DNA of 64,000 bases from Isurus oxyrinchus. Taxonomy: Eukaryota. The notes beneath the pieces were generated by a model. It was not told the origin of the DNA. It searched no databases and was given only the letters and a program-made list of their open reading frames with translations. Both the position numbers and the translations under genes were made by a program. The stretch covers positions 992,001 to 1,056,000 of the forward strand of contig JANJGN010000071.1 of the NCBI GenBank assembly GCA_026770705.1. The letters run 5' to 3'. Shown piece by piece: positions 50,301 through 61,559 of the stretch; position 1 is the first letter of the stretch; every line of letters begins with the position of its first letter.

Positions 50301-53300
50301 GTTCATGACCATCAGTGTGGAAGGGTTAGGTTTACAGGTTACACAGACCACACACACAACAACACACACACACACACACACACGCACACACACACACGTA
50401 AGCACGCACACGCACACACACACACAGCACACATNNNNNNNNNNNNNNNNNNNNNNNNNNNNNNNNNNNNNNNNNNNNNNNNNNNNNNNNNNNNNNNNNN
50501 NNNNNNNNNNNNNNNNNNNNNNNNNNNNNNNNNNNNNNNNNNNNNNNNNNNNNNNNNNNNNNNNNNNNNNNNNNNNNNNNNNNNNNNNNNNNNNNNNNNN
50601 NNNNNNNNNNNNNNNNNNNNNNNNNNNNNNNNNNNNNNNNNNNNNNNNNNNNNNNNNNNNNNNNNNNNNNNNNNNNNNNNNNNNNNNNNNNNNNNNNNNN
50701 NNNNNNNNNNNNNNNNNNNNNNNNNNNNNNNNNNNNNNNNNNNNNNNNNNNNNNNNNNNNNNNNNNNNNNNNNNNNNNNNNNNNNNNNNNNNNNNNNNNN
50801 NNNNNNNNNNNNNNCTCTCAGTGCTGCACTGGAGTCTCGGTGTCAGCTCCGATTCTGTGTTGAAGGAAGGTAAACTCCAAATCAACAAGACCCTGAATTG
50901 GATGAGCAACCTCCTGAACAGAGAATTGTAGATTTACCCCTCAGTGCTCCATCGATCAAATATAATTCATTGCCTGTCAAGCCCTTGGGGACATTCTGAG
51001 AATGTGAAAGGGAGTTTCTTTAAATCTGGATGGGCAGGGTCTCTGGTGGGAGAATGCTCCTGCAGTGTGACAGTTTACATAGGCAGTGCACATTGTAAAT
51101 GTGACATAGGAACTTATCTTGAGGGAAGGTGCCTAGAAATGCACACAGGCATCAGTTACAGCGAGATGATACAGGAAGTTTTGCTGTGCACTGTGTTTGT
51201 TCACATTAAAATCTTTATATATTTTTAGATGGACCACAGAATCTCTCAATTACTTCTCTTGATATGATTAACGCTTCATCGGTCAATATAATTGAGGGGA
51301 ATTCTGCAGTGATAATCTGCTCTGTCGAGAGCTTCCCAGCTTCTAACCTGACGTGGCGACATCTTAATGTCCCAATGAACAGAACAAGTTCCAACAATGA
51401 GCTGTGGTTGGTGATTCCTCACGTTACATCCAGGGACACTGGAGACTATCAGTGTGTGGCAGAGAATGAACATGGAGCAGTGGAGGGGTTCATAACCATC
51501 ACTGTGGAATGTGAGTGTGGAGATACATTTGTTTGTTTGTTGTCTCCGTGGTCTCCGTGGAGCCATTGGGATCGTGTTGTTTTTAATCCAGTTTTCTTCA
51601 ATCCTCGCTCAGTCCACGTTATCCACACATCCAATTTTTCCTCTCCCTTTCTGTTTTTGCTCTCAGTTTCTCCTTCAATGGTTGTGAGGACAAGGCTGTC
51701 AGGTCTTCGTTTCCAATCTCCGTACTTGACGACCTTTCTCTCTCTAACTGTCCTGAACAACCCTTTTAATTGCTGAACGTCTCCTCTTGATCTAAGCCAC
51801 TCATTGGTCTTTCTGTCCATCCAGCTGATTCTGAGCATCTGGCAGCATCTGTGGAGAGAAAGACAGGGTTAGCGTTTGGAGTCCGTAAGACTCCTCTTCA
51901 GAGCTAAAGGGAAGTAGACATGTGGTGAAATATATCCTGTCTAAGGCGGGGCGATGGGACAGGTGGAGCTGGATAGAAAACCAGCGATAGGTGGAGGCAA
52001 TGGAGAGATTGTGGAAGATGTCATAAACAAAAGGTCAAAGGGTTGTTAACAGTGGTGGTATTGGATAAAGGAGGTGCTAATGGTGACATTAAGCAGAGTG
52101 TGATAATGGGCGGACCAGGGTAAGCACTCTGGACAGAGACAGATGGCCCTCGTGGGGGTGTGGAGGGGGGAGGGGACGGTGGAGGGAATAAAGATCGAAA
52201 ATAGACTAAAATCTGCGGATAAAACAATCAATAAAAATGGAAATGAATTTCAAATAATAATAATAAAAATAAGTGGAAAACAGTCAACAAATAAAACAAT
52301 TAAAATGAATACATAAAAAAGGGTTCAAAAAGCAGTGAAGATCGAGGAGAGAGTTCATGATCTGAAAGTGTTGAACTCAATATTCAGTCGGGAAGGCTGT
52401 AAAGTGCCAGGTTGGAAGATGAGGTGCTGTTCCTCCAGTTTGCTTTGAGCTTCACTGGAACAATGCAGCAGGCCAAGGACGGACATGTGGGCATGAGAGC
52501 AGGGTGGGGTGTTAAAATGGCAAGCAACAGGGAGGTCTGGGTCGTTCTTGCAGACAGACTGAAGGTGTTTCGAAAAGTGGTCACCCAGTCTGTGTTTGGT
52601 GTCTCCAATGTAGAGGAAACCGCACTGGGAGCAGTGAATGCAGTAGATTAAATTGAAGGAAGTCTGCATGAAGCGCTGCTTCACCTGGAAGGAGTGTTTG
52701 GGTCATTGGACAGTGAGGGGGGAGGAAGTAAAGGGGCAGGTGTTGCACCTTCTGCAAATGCATGGGAAGATGTCATCGGAGAGGGTTGAGGTGCTAGGGG
52801 TGATGGAGGAGTGGACCAGGGTGTCCTGGAGGGAATGATCCCTGTGGAATCCCAACAGGGTGGGGGTGAAGGGAAGATGCTTTTGATGGTGGTCAGATTT
52901 TGTCCGAAGGAGGTGATAAATGTGGGAGGGAATTCCAGAGGTTAGGATCCAGGCAGCTGAAGGCACGGCCGCCAATGGTGGAGCGATAGGAATCGGGGGA
53001 ATGTCAAGAGGCTGGAATTGGAGGTGCACAGAGATCTCAGAGGGTTGTAGAGGCTGGAGGAGTTTACAGAGATAAGGAAGGTTGTGGGGGCTGGAGGAGT
53101 TTACAGAGATAAGGAAGGTTGTAGGAGCTGGAGGAGTTTACAGAGATAAGGAAGGTTGTAGGGGCTGGAGGAGGTTACTGAGATAGGGAGGGTTGAACGG
53201 GCTGGAGGAGGTTACAGAGATAGGGAGGGTTGAAGGGGCTGGAGGAGGTTACAGAGATAGGGAGGGTTGAAGGGTCTGGAGGAGGTAACAGAGATAGGGA

Positions 53301-56300
53301 GGGGGTAAGGAGGGATTTGAAACGATGTTAATTTTAAAATTGTGGCATTGTCGGACCGGGAGCCAGTGTAGCTCAGTGACCAACAGGGAGTGATGTGTGA
53401 ACGGGATTTGGTGTGAGTTAGGACATGGGGACAGCAGAGTTTGGGTTGAGCTGATGTTTACAGAGAGTGGAAGATGGGAGGTCGGGCAGGAGAGTGTTGG
53501 GATAGTTGAGTGCGGAGGTAACAAAGGCAGGAATGAGTGTTTCAGTGTTAAGATTCTATCTTACGCTCTAACTTTGCTATGACGTTGTCTCATTGTTGTC
53601 CTTCCCTCCTCAGATAAGCCGGAGATTTCCCAGCAGTCGGAGTGCACTCGGAGATCAGAGGGGGTCACCTGCGTCTGTGTGGCCAACTCCAACCCACCCG
53701 GAAACCTCACCTGGCACCTGCCCAGTGCCAACATCAGTGGTAACCAAACACACGGAGGTTTTGTGTCGTGGCAGGTCAGAGATGGGCATCTGGTGACTGG
53801 TTCCCTCACCCTGATGAGACCCCAGGATGAGGGGGGAGTGATTGCATCCTGCTCGGTTCAAAACCCACACGGGGAAGCCATGTTCAAGGTTTATCTGTGG
53901 GTCAAAGGTGAGAGACTCGCTCAGGATCGATCTCCACTCAGCTGGATTGATCCCTAAACTCGAGAATTCCCTCCCTCAACCTCTCCACCTCTCTCTCTAC
54001 CTCCTCTAAGATGCTGTGTACAACTTACCCCTTTGACCAAGCTTTGAATCACCTGACCTCATGTGACAATGGCAACACTTGGTCAACTTGGAGCCAGGCC
54101 GTTCAGGGGGTGATGTCAGGAAACACTTCTTCACACAAAGGGGAGTGGAAATCTGGAACCCTCTCCCCCAGATAAGCTGCTTCATTGGGTGCAAGACAGA
54201 AAGCTTTGACAAAATGTCCTTTCTCAGCAATACTCAGGTTCTCCTCCCAAACGACTAAATATTATATATAAACATTACATAGATTACATCGAGAAACATT
54301 ATATATAAATGTTACATAGATTACATCGAGAAATATTATATATAAATGTTACATAGATTAAATGGATAAATATATATAAATGTTACATATATTACATTGA
54401 TAAATATTATATATAAATGTTACATGGATTATATTGAAAAATATATATAAATGTTATAGATTACATTGAGAAAAATTAAATATAAATGTTACACAGATTA
54501 AATGGATAAATATTAGATATAAATGTTACATATATTACATTGATAAATATAATATATAAATGTTACATGGATTAAATCGAGAAACATTATATATAAATAT
54601 TACAGAAATTAAATGGATAAAAATTATATATAAATGTTACATAGATTATATTGATAAATATTATAAATTTATGCTATAGGGATCACATTGATAAATATTA
54701 TATATAAATGTTACATGGATTAAATCGAAATATAAGACTTGCGTTGATAAAATACTTAGGAATTCCCAAAACGCTCGATAACCAGTGAAGCAGTTTCAAA
54801 GTGAGCTCACTGTCATCATGTAAGAAACGCAACAGCTGATTTGTGCACAGCAAGATCCCACAAACAACAGCGTGAAATTGAGGTGATAATTGATTATTTT
54901 AGGGAGGGTAGTTGATACATAAAAATAGAAATTACATATATAATATGGGTCACTAATTATCTTAAGGGAGGGAAACCTGTCCATTTTAACAGGTCTGGGT
55001 GTATATGTGACTCCAGTCTCAAACACCAACATGGTTAACTCTTACCTGCCCTCTGAACTGGTCTCCCAGTTTGGGACAAACCAGTGGTTCAGGAGGAAGA
55101 CCCCCCACCACCTTCTCAAGGGGAAACTAGGGATGGACAATAAATGTCAGCATTGCCCGAGAATGAGTATTTAAACACTGAGTGAGTGTATCGCTTCTCG
55201 AGATACATCGGAGCATCATTGTAAACCTGTAGTGCAGTAATTAATGGCTGTTTTTACAGGTAGAGACTCCAGTAAAGGGACAGTAGGATTGTTCACGGCT
55301 GGGATCATGTTGAGTGTTTTCCTGGCTGGAATCTTCATCTTCATCTGTGTGAGAAAGTAAGTCTGAAGATTTAACTTGATTTTAATATAAACATTTGCTT
55401 CAATGTTCTTTCCTTAAGTCGGTGATTGTTTCCCTTGGGATCAGCACCAGTTCCCTCTCCGTAAGTGATCCCTGTGTCCACTGTGATCCGGAGAGAACCT
55501 TTCATTGTCCTGTATCCAGGTAAACAATCACGAGACCCAGAGATTCCTCACTCTGCACGATTACTCCTGGATAAACATTTGCTTCAATGTTCTTTCCTGA
55601 AGTCGGTGATTGTTTCCCTTGTGTTAAGCGCCAGATGCCTCTCCCTAACTGGTCTCTTTGTCCCTTACGATCCAGAGAGAGTTTTTCATTGCCCGTTATC
55701 CAGATGAATAATAATCAGTTGCTGTGATCTGGAAGGCGCTGCCTGAAAGGGCGCTGGAAGCAGATTTAATAGGATCTTTCAAAAGGGGAATTGGATAAAT
55801 ACTTGAAGGGGGAACATTTGAAGGGCTATGGGGGGAAGAGCAGGGGTGGAGGGGGGGTCAAAGATATGGCGTGTCATTATAATGATATTATACCTTAGGC
55901 TTATTTACTGTACAAGAAACAAAGCACCAATCGCTCACAGGGTTTGGGTGAGAATGTTTCGGTTTGTTTATCAGGACTCGGCACGAGAACAGTTATACAT
56001 ACGGAGAAAGATTGAAGGCATCAGAGCTGTGAGTGTGTGTTCTGCTCAAAGCAAAAGTCAAACTAAGATTGGATCACATGACACACTTCCATTATAGTGA
56101 TGTCACGCTGATATCCCTTATTGGAACTAGAGACAGTCCAGTTGTTGGTGTAAGGTTACACTGGGCTCTGTGTCTGTGCTGCACTGACTCTCTGCTATAT
56201 GATAACCACAGTGTGATATTGTGTTATTGCAGGAGAAAGACAGCGATGGAGGAGAGAGTTTCAGGGACCAGTGACATTGCATTGACCCCCAGGTCACTCT

Positions 56301-57280
56301 CTGTGAAGCACCAGGTACAGGAGCTGTTTACACTCACTTCAAAGCTTCAATCAACAGACAACACGTATACCAGATTCTCAGCCGGGTTACACATAGATAT
56401 CTCCCTGTGAAGCAATGGCTCAGTGGACAGCACTGTCTCTCGCTCCCAGCCTCTGTCACCCTCCATCACTCGCTCTTTGACCAGAAACCTGAACACAATA
56501 ATGACAAGGCACCTGATGTCAGTAGTGAGGGAGTGCTGCCCTGTCAGAGGGTCAGTACTGAGGGAGTGCTGCACTGTCAGAGGGTCAGTACTGAGGGATT
56601 GCTGCACTGTCAGAGGGTCAGTACTGAGTGATTGCTGCACTGTCAGAGGGTCAGTACTGAGGGAGTGCTGCACTGTCAGAGGGTCAGTATTGAGGGAGTG
56701 CTGCACTGTCAGAGGGTCATTACTGAGGGAGTGCTGGACTGTCAGAGGGTCAGTACTGAGGGAGTGCTGCACTGTCAGAGGGTCAGTATTGAGGGAGTGC
56801 TGCACTGTCAGAGGGTCAGTACTGAGGGAGTGCTGCACTGTTGGAGTGTGATAGAGATTAAATTATACAGAGAGAGAGAAAGCGAGAGAGAAAGAGAGAC
56901 AGAGAAAGAGAGGGAAAAAAAGGCTTAAACCCACTGAGACACGACTGACACTAACGAGGCTGCACAATAATTTAACCCTATCAGTGCCAATAAATGATGT
57001 GAGGATGTCTTCTGTTTCCATTTCTCTGTAGGATGAACAGAACGTGCTGATTACTGAGCCCCGGGAAACAACCAGAGACACAACTAGTGAGGGGGAGACC
57101 CCAGCTCCCCGGGATCTCTCTGAAGGTCCAGTGGGAGGTGATGTTGGACATGGGAACCCCGACAATACCGACGAGCTTCTCTACGCCAACATCAACTTTT
57201 CAAAGCTGCCCAGCGGTGACAGGACGGTGCACAGGAGCGAGGACACGGAATACGCACAGATCAGGTTCCAGAAAAACTGA
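44311..57280 (+). CDS. Unit F: inhibitory CD33-related/MAG-like Siglec-like receptor, join(44311-44350,45213-45581,46440-46736,51229-51510,53614-53907,55260-55356,56233-56314,57032-57280), ~569 aa if the mutated donor after 46736 were functional
   Basis: All exons are open and phase-compatible: V + three C2, neutral TM, ITIM LLYANI and TEYAQI. Caveats are the ATAAGT donor at 46737 and an assembly gap inside the intron after the first C2 exon. Confidence 0.75.
45213..45581 (+). CDS. Unit F V-set Ig exon
   Basis: 369 nt, essential Arg intact, 4 aa different from the unit E V exon. Confidence 0.9.
46440..46736 (+). CDS. Unit F first C2-set exon (donor mutated GT>AT)
   Basis: 297 nt followed by ATAAGT. 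Read-through gives ...VQDKY* ending at 46747. Confidence 0.82.
47100..49190 (-). mobile_element. Degenerate CR1 LINE ORF2
   Basis: KSFYKYVKRER, VPIDWRVAIVTPLFK..NYRPVSLTSV, IYINDL..FSDDT and KANGMLAFIARG motifs. Confidence 0.9.
49250..50310 (+). mobile_element. Gypsy integrase/RT remnant
   Basis: VDCVRPL...MMDMTTRFPEAIP..TITAK...GLPLEIQS.QG integrase core, with a yrkvna..kpdsypip RT fragment near 50180. Confidence 0.75.
50435..50814. other. Assembly gap (further gaps at 61188-61431, 62357-62679, 63764-63906)
   Basis: Runs of N, several flanked by CA/TG microsatellites. Confidence 0.99.
51229..51510 (+). CDS. Unit F second C2-set exon
   Basis: 282 nt, ttttag|...|GTGAGT. GPQNLSI...EGNSAVIICSVESFPASNLTW...DTGDYQCVAENEHG. 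Confidence 0.9.
51530..51838 (-). mobile_element. RTE-like LINE 3' fragment
   Basis: MLRISWMDRKTNE...IEGETESKNRKG resembles the RTE ORF C-terminus. Confidence 0.6.
51835..52920 (-). mobile_element. Penelope-like element (GIY-YIG remnant)
   Basis: NLIYCIHCSQCGFLYIGDTKHRLGDHF...PVACHFN motif. Confidence 0.88.
53614..53907 (+). CDS. Unit F membrane-proximal C2-set exon (C..CxC type)
   Basis: 294 nt. YKPEISQQSECTRRSEGVTCVCVANSNPPGNLTW...SCSVQNPHG, like the membrane-proximal domain of MAG and Siglec-5/10-type proteins. Confidence 0.88.
54255..54730. repeat. AT-rich ~40-bp minisatellite
   Basis: tatataaatgttacatagattacattgataaatat tandem units. Confidence 0.85.
55260..55356 (+). CDS. Unit F transmembrane exon (uncharged)
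   Basis: 97 nt, phase 1-2, ttttacag|...|GTAAGT. GRDSSKGTVGLFTAGIMLSVFLAGIFIFICVRK. Confidence 0.88.
56233..56314 (+). CDS. Unit F first cytoplasmic exon
   Basis: 82 nt, phase 2-0, ttgcag|...CAG|GTACAG. RKTAMEERVSGTSDIALTPRSLSVKHQ. Confidence 0.75.
56510..56845. repeat. 33-bp minisatellite
   Basis: Tandem units. Confidence 0.9.
57032..57280 (+). CDS. Unit F terminal exon with ITIM and ITSM-like motifs
   Basis: ctctgtag|GAT... DELLYANINFSK...EDTEYAQIRFQKN*. Confidence 0.9.
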   Translation, partial: DEQNVLITEPRETTRDTTSEGETPAPRDLSEGPVGGDVGHGNPDNTDELLYANINFSKLPSGDRTVHRSEDTEYAQIRFQKN

Positions 57281-57472
57281 GTGTGAAACAGGGAGCGGGG
57301 CTGTGGGGTGTGTGCAGCCAGCATGGTCAAATAGTAATGAACAGAAATATGATGTTGCTCAACTTTTTTTATTGGCTCTGAGTGAGCTTTCTGAATGCTG
57401 CACCTTTTTCCATGCTGTAAAAGATTGCGAGAAGCTTTTGGGTTATGTATAATTTTACATCTGTTAATACAA

Positions 57473-59540
57473 GGTGAGGTGAGAGTGACTGCCCTTAACA
57501 TTAAGGCTGCATTTGACCGAGTGTGGCCTCTAGGAGCCCGAGCATAACTGCAATCAATGGGAATCAGGGGTGGTACGAAAGTATAATAATTTGCATACTA
57601 TTCACCTGGTTTGTTGTAGACTAGGTTTATGAGTGTGAGTGTAGATGGTTCTGTCTGTGTGACTTAATTACATCTGGAGTCAGGTAGACTGCAAGCTTGA
57701 GATTATCAAAAGAAGCTAGATGTAGAAATGTACTTGAAATGCTAATGAGAACACATGGAGGCTGTGTTAACATGTAAGGTGTGAAGGGGTTGTTTAGATT
57801 TCAAAGGGATGTCGGTCTGTTTAGGACAAGCCCAATAAGCAAAGCTAAGGAGTTTTTTTTTTAATTTTACCCAAACTTCATTGACAATATTGGCAACATG
57901 AAAGTTTATATTATGGGAAAGGTACAGTTCCAAAGAATTTACACATCAAAGAGAGAGAAACATGTATAAAGGAGAATGAAAGGCTATGTTGGGGGCCATG
58001 TAAGATCTAACAGGAGTGTGTGAAACAGGCTTGAAGAAGCCTCCAGGCATTTGTGCATAAGTCTGTTATGTTCAGTAAATAAAGTTGGAGAAACCCGTTT
58101 AGATTTCCAGTGTCAAGTGTGTGCTGTGTTAACTCGCTGGGTTTGTTTTTAATCTAAAATCTTATTTTGGACTGTTGCCTTAAACAGGCTCTGTAACTGG
58201 GAGTCAGGTTAATTAGGAATTTGAGAATTTATTTTAGCTGTAACTAACCGTGGTATTATGTCTGTGCTTGAAATCTTTTATTTTGTTAATAAATATCTTA
58301 ATCCAATTTTTAAAATCTCTAAAGGTTGTAGTCAACTCATTACTCCTGAATTCAGTGCACGCTTCTTGTAATAAATACAAATTACAAAACTATTGTGACA
58401 GTGTGACCAATTTTCCCTTGTGGATTTGGAGCACCAAGCACACATCATCTGCCATGTCATGTCACAGGGAAAACTCTCCACTCGTTGGATTCATACCAAG
58501 TACAAAGGAAGGTGGTTGTGGTTGTTGGAGGTCAGTCATCTCAGTTCCAGGACATCACCGCAGGCGTTGCTCAGTGTAGTGTCCTAGGCCCAACCATCTT
58601 CAGCTGCTTCATCAATGACATTCATTCTATCAGATGGTCAGAATTATGGATGGTCGCTGATGATTGCACAACGTTCAACATCATTCATGACTCATCAGAT
58701 GCTGAAGCAGTCCATGTCCAAATGCAGCAAGACCTGGACAATATCCAGGCTTGGCCTGACAAGTGGCAAGTAACATTCATGCCACACAAGTGCCAGGCAA
58801 TGACCATCTCCAACCAGAGAGAATATATCCATCTCCCCTTAATGTCCAATGGCATCACCATTGCTGAATCCCACACTATCAACACTCTGGGGGTTACCAA
58901 TGACAAGAAACTGAACTGGACTAGCCATATGAACATTGTGACTACAAGAGCAGGCCAGAGCCTGGGAATCCTGTGGTAGTAACTCACCTCCTGACTCCCC
59001 AAAACCTGTCCACCAACCTCAAGGCACAGGTCAGAAGTGATGGAATACTCTCCACTTTCCTAGATGTGTCCAGCTCCAACAACACTCAAGAAGCTCGACA
59101 CCGTCCAGGACAAAGCAGCCCTGCTTGATTTGCGTCCCGTCCACAAACATTCTCGCCCTCTACAACTGACGCACAGTGGCAGCAGTGTGTGTACCATCTA
59201 CAAGATGCAACGCAGGGAGTCACCAAGCCTCCTTAGACAGCACCTTCCAAACACATGATCACTACCATCTCGAAGGACAAGGGCAGCAGACACATGGGAA
59301 CACCACCACCTGGAAGTTCCCCTCCAAGTCACTTACCATCCTGACTTGGAAATATATCACCGTTCCTTCACTGTCGCTGGGTCAGAATCCTGCAACTCCC
59401 TCCCAAACAGTTCTGTGGGTGTACATACACCACAGGGACTGCAGCAGCTCAAGAAGGCAGCTCACCCCCATATTCTCAAGGACAATTAGGGATGGGCAAT
59501 AAATTCTGGCCTAGCCAGTGTCAGTGAATAAATACAAAAA
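57473..59540 (+). mobile_element. LINE (RT 3' half) inserted in the unit F 3' UTR, interrupted by a solo-LTR-like element at 57571-58466
   Basis: GVAQCSVLGPTIFSCFIND..VADD..WQVTF..KCQ RT motifs. The LINE sequence gaatcagggg|gaaaactctcc is split by a TG...CA insert. Confidence 0.8.
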
Positions 59541-59969
59541 AGAAGCAATTAAAATGCCCTGACATTTCTGTACATTTTTATCAAATTAAATACGTACTCT
59601 AGTGAATAATTCCATTCTCCAAGGCACCACTTCCTGTTGTCACATGTCCTTCTGATTATTTAAATTCCTGTGTCATTGGTAATGGAACATTCCCATGTAA
59701 ACATGTCACACTGTAATTACAGCCTCCTACCAGTGGTGGTGCTCTAGTGTCCTACCTTTGCTTCTCAGAGACTGGAGGAGCTGTATACATTGTGCTTACA
59801 ATATTAGTAACACTCAGGGGTGACCAGGGGGATTCTTTTGGCCAAGTTTACGATGTTGCTAAGATACAATGGCCCCCTGGGATTTTTCCTACTGCGTTTA
59901 CAAGGTTGAATTGAAGAGATTTTTGAAGTGTCTGGCACAGTTTTATTAAGGTCCCCTCACAACCAATCT

Positions 59970-60490
59970 GGTGTCACTGAGTTCAGTTCTGGGTCCAGCA
60001 GCTTAGGAAGGATATATTGTCCTTGGAGGGGGTGCAGCCCAGAGTCACCAGAACGATCCCGGGGCTGAAAGGGTTAAATCCTGAGGACAGGTTGCACAGA
60101 CCAGGCTTGTGTTCCCTCGAGTCTCGAAGATTAAGGGGTGATCTAATCGAGGGGTTTAAGATGATTAAAGGCTTTGTTATGGGCAATAGAGAGAAACTAT
60201 TTCCTCTGATGGGGTTGAGGTGAGGAGGGTTCAGAACAAGGGGGCAGAACATTAAAATTGGAGCCAGGCCGTTCAGGGGGTGATGTCAGGAAGCACTTCT
60301 TCACACAAAGCGGGGGTGGAAATCTGGAACTCACTCCCCCAGAAAAAGCTGTCGAGACTGGGAGGGGTCAATTGTAAATTTCAAAACTGAGATTGGGAGA
60401 TTTTTGTTGGGTCGGGGGGTTAAGGGTCACGGAACCGAGGCGGGTGGATGGGGTTAAGATACAGATCAGACGTGATCCAATCAAATGTTA
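59970..60490 (+). mobile_element. CR1 LINE 3' fragment
   Basis: LEGVQPR.TR.IPGLKGL...SLESRRLRGDLIEGFK. Confidence 0.85.
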
Positions 60491-61559
60491 GGACGGTGAG
60501 TCTCAGGGAGGCTGGCCCAACCCCAGACGCAGCCGTCTCTGTGACCTGCTTCAACCCTGTGAGTCAGCAATGACAACATGAGTTGATGTTAGCCTGATAT
60601 GTAGTGCATGGAGGGATATTACTCTCCAGGGTGTGTGTGCATCACAGTGCTCATTCACATGTGTTCCATGTGCACCTACATCAGCTGTGTAGACATACAA
60701 GCCTCAATGCTGCATCCGGGGAATGTGCCATGTCTCACACCTTAGCTGCAGCACGACCCTTCCCTTGGAGCTCTGTGTGCTCGAGACATATTTTGTTATT
60801 TTTTCCTGCCGTCTCTGTGTCCCCCGACCCGGGAGTGAAAATCCGGCCTTAACTTCCACTTTCTAGTGTCTGAGACAAGAGGCAATGAGTGAGTGGGCTG
60901 ACGGTCAGGATTAATGCTGTTAATCTGTGTTTGAGGGGCTGTGAATTCTCGGGGGACTAGTTACTCTCTGAGCTGCAGCTTCCAATTCCTTATTTGATGC
61001 CGTGCATGTGGGGTTGGAAGATTTTTTTTAAAACCACAGGCAGTTCACAGAAACCCACAGGAAACCCACAGAGAGACAGTCACTGAGAAAGTCACTCACT
61101 CCTTGTGGTTTCACCTTTTAACCACATCCTGTCTGTGTGGCTTAAATGTTAAACACAGTGGCCAGACTCAAGGAGGTTTCACTCTGTNNNNNNNNNNNNN
61201 NNNNNNNNNNNNNNNNNNNNNNNNNNNNNNNNNNNNNNNNNNNNNNNNNNNNNNNNNNNNNNNNNNNNNNNNNNNNNNNNNNNNNNNNNNNNNNNNNNNN
61301 NNNNNNNNNNNNNNNNNNNNNNNNNNNNNNNNNNNNNNNNNNNNNNNNNNNNNNNNNNNNNNNNNNNNNNNNNNNNNNNNNNNNNNNNNNNNNNNNNNNN
61401 NNNNNNNNNNNNNNNNNNNNNNNNNNNNNNNCTTACAGACAGACACAAACACACACATTCACACACACACACACATTCACTCACACACACACATTCACTC
61501 ACACACTCACTCACACACACAAACACACACACAAAGACAATATCCAAACGACAACAAAC

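Noticed and set aside
50822-50869. Possible 48-nt phase 1-1 linker exon (size as in CD33)
   Set aside because: The sequence resembles the SINE-derived ctcagtgctgcactggag motif, its acceptor context is hidden by the gap, and the next exon already starts with the GPQNLSI linker-like peptide.
50229-50931. ORFs spanning N runs (also 61103-63984)
   Set aside because: Artefacts of assembly gaps.
44311-57280. Assigning a specific symbol (MAG, CD22, CD33, SIGLEC15)
   Set aside because: Domain number and sequence do not match one ortholog clearly, and a phylogeny is needed.
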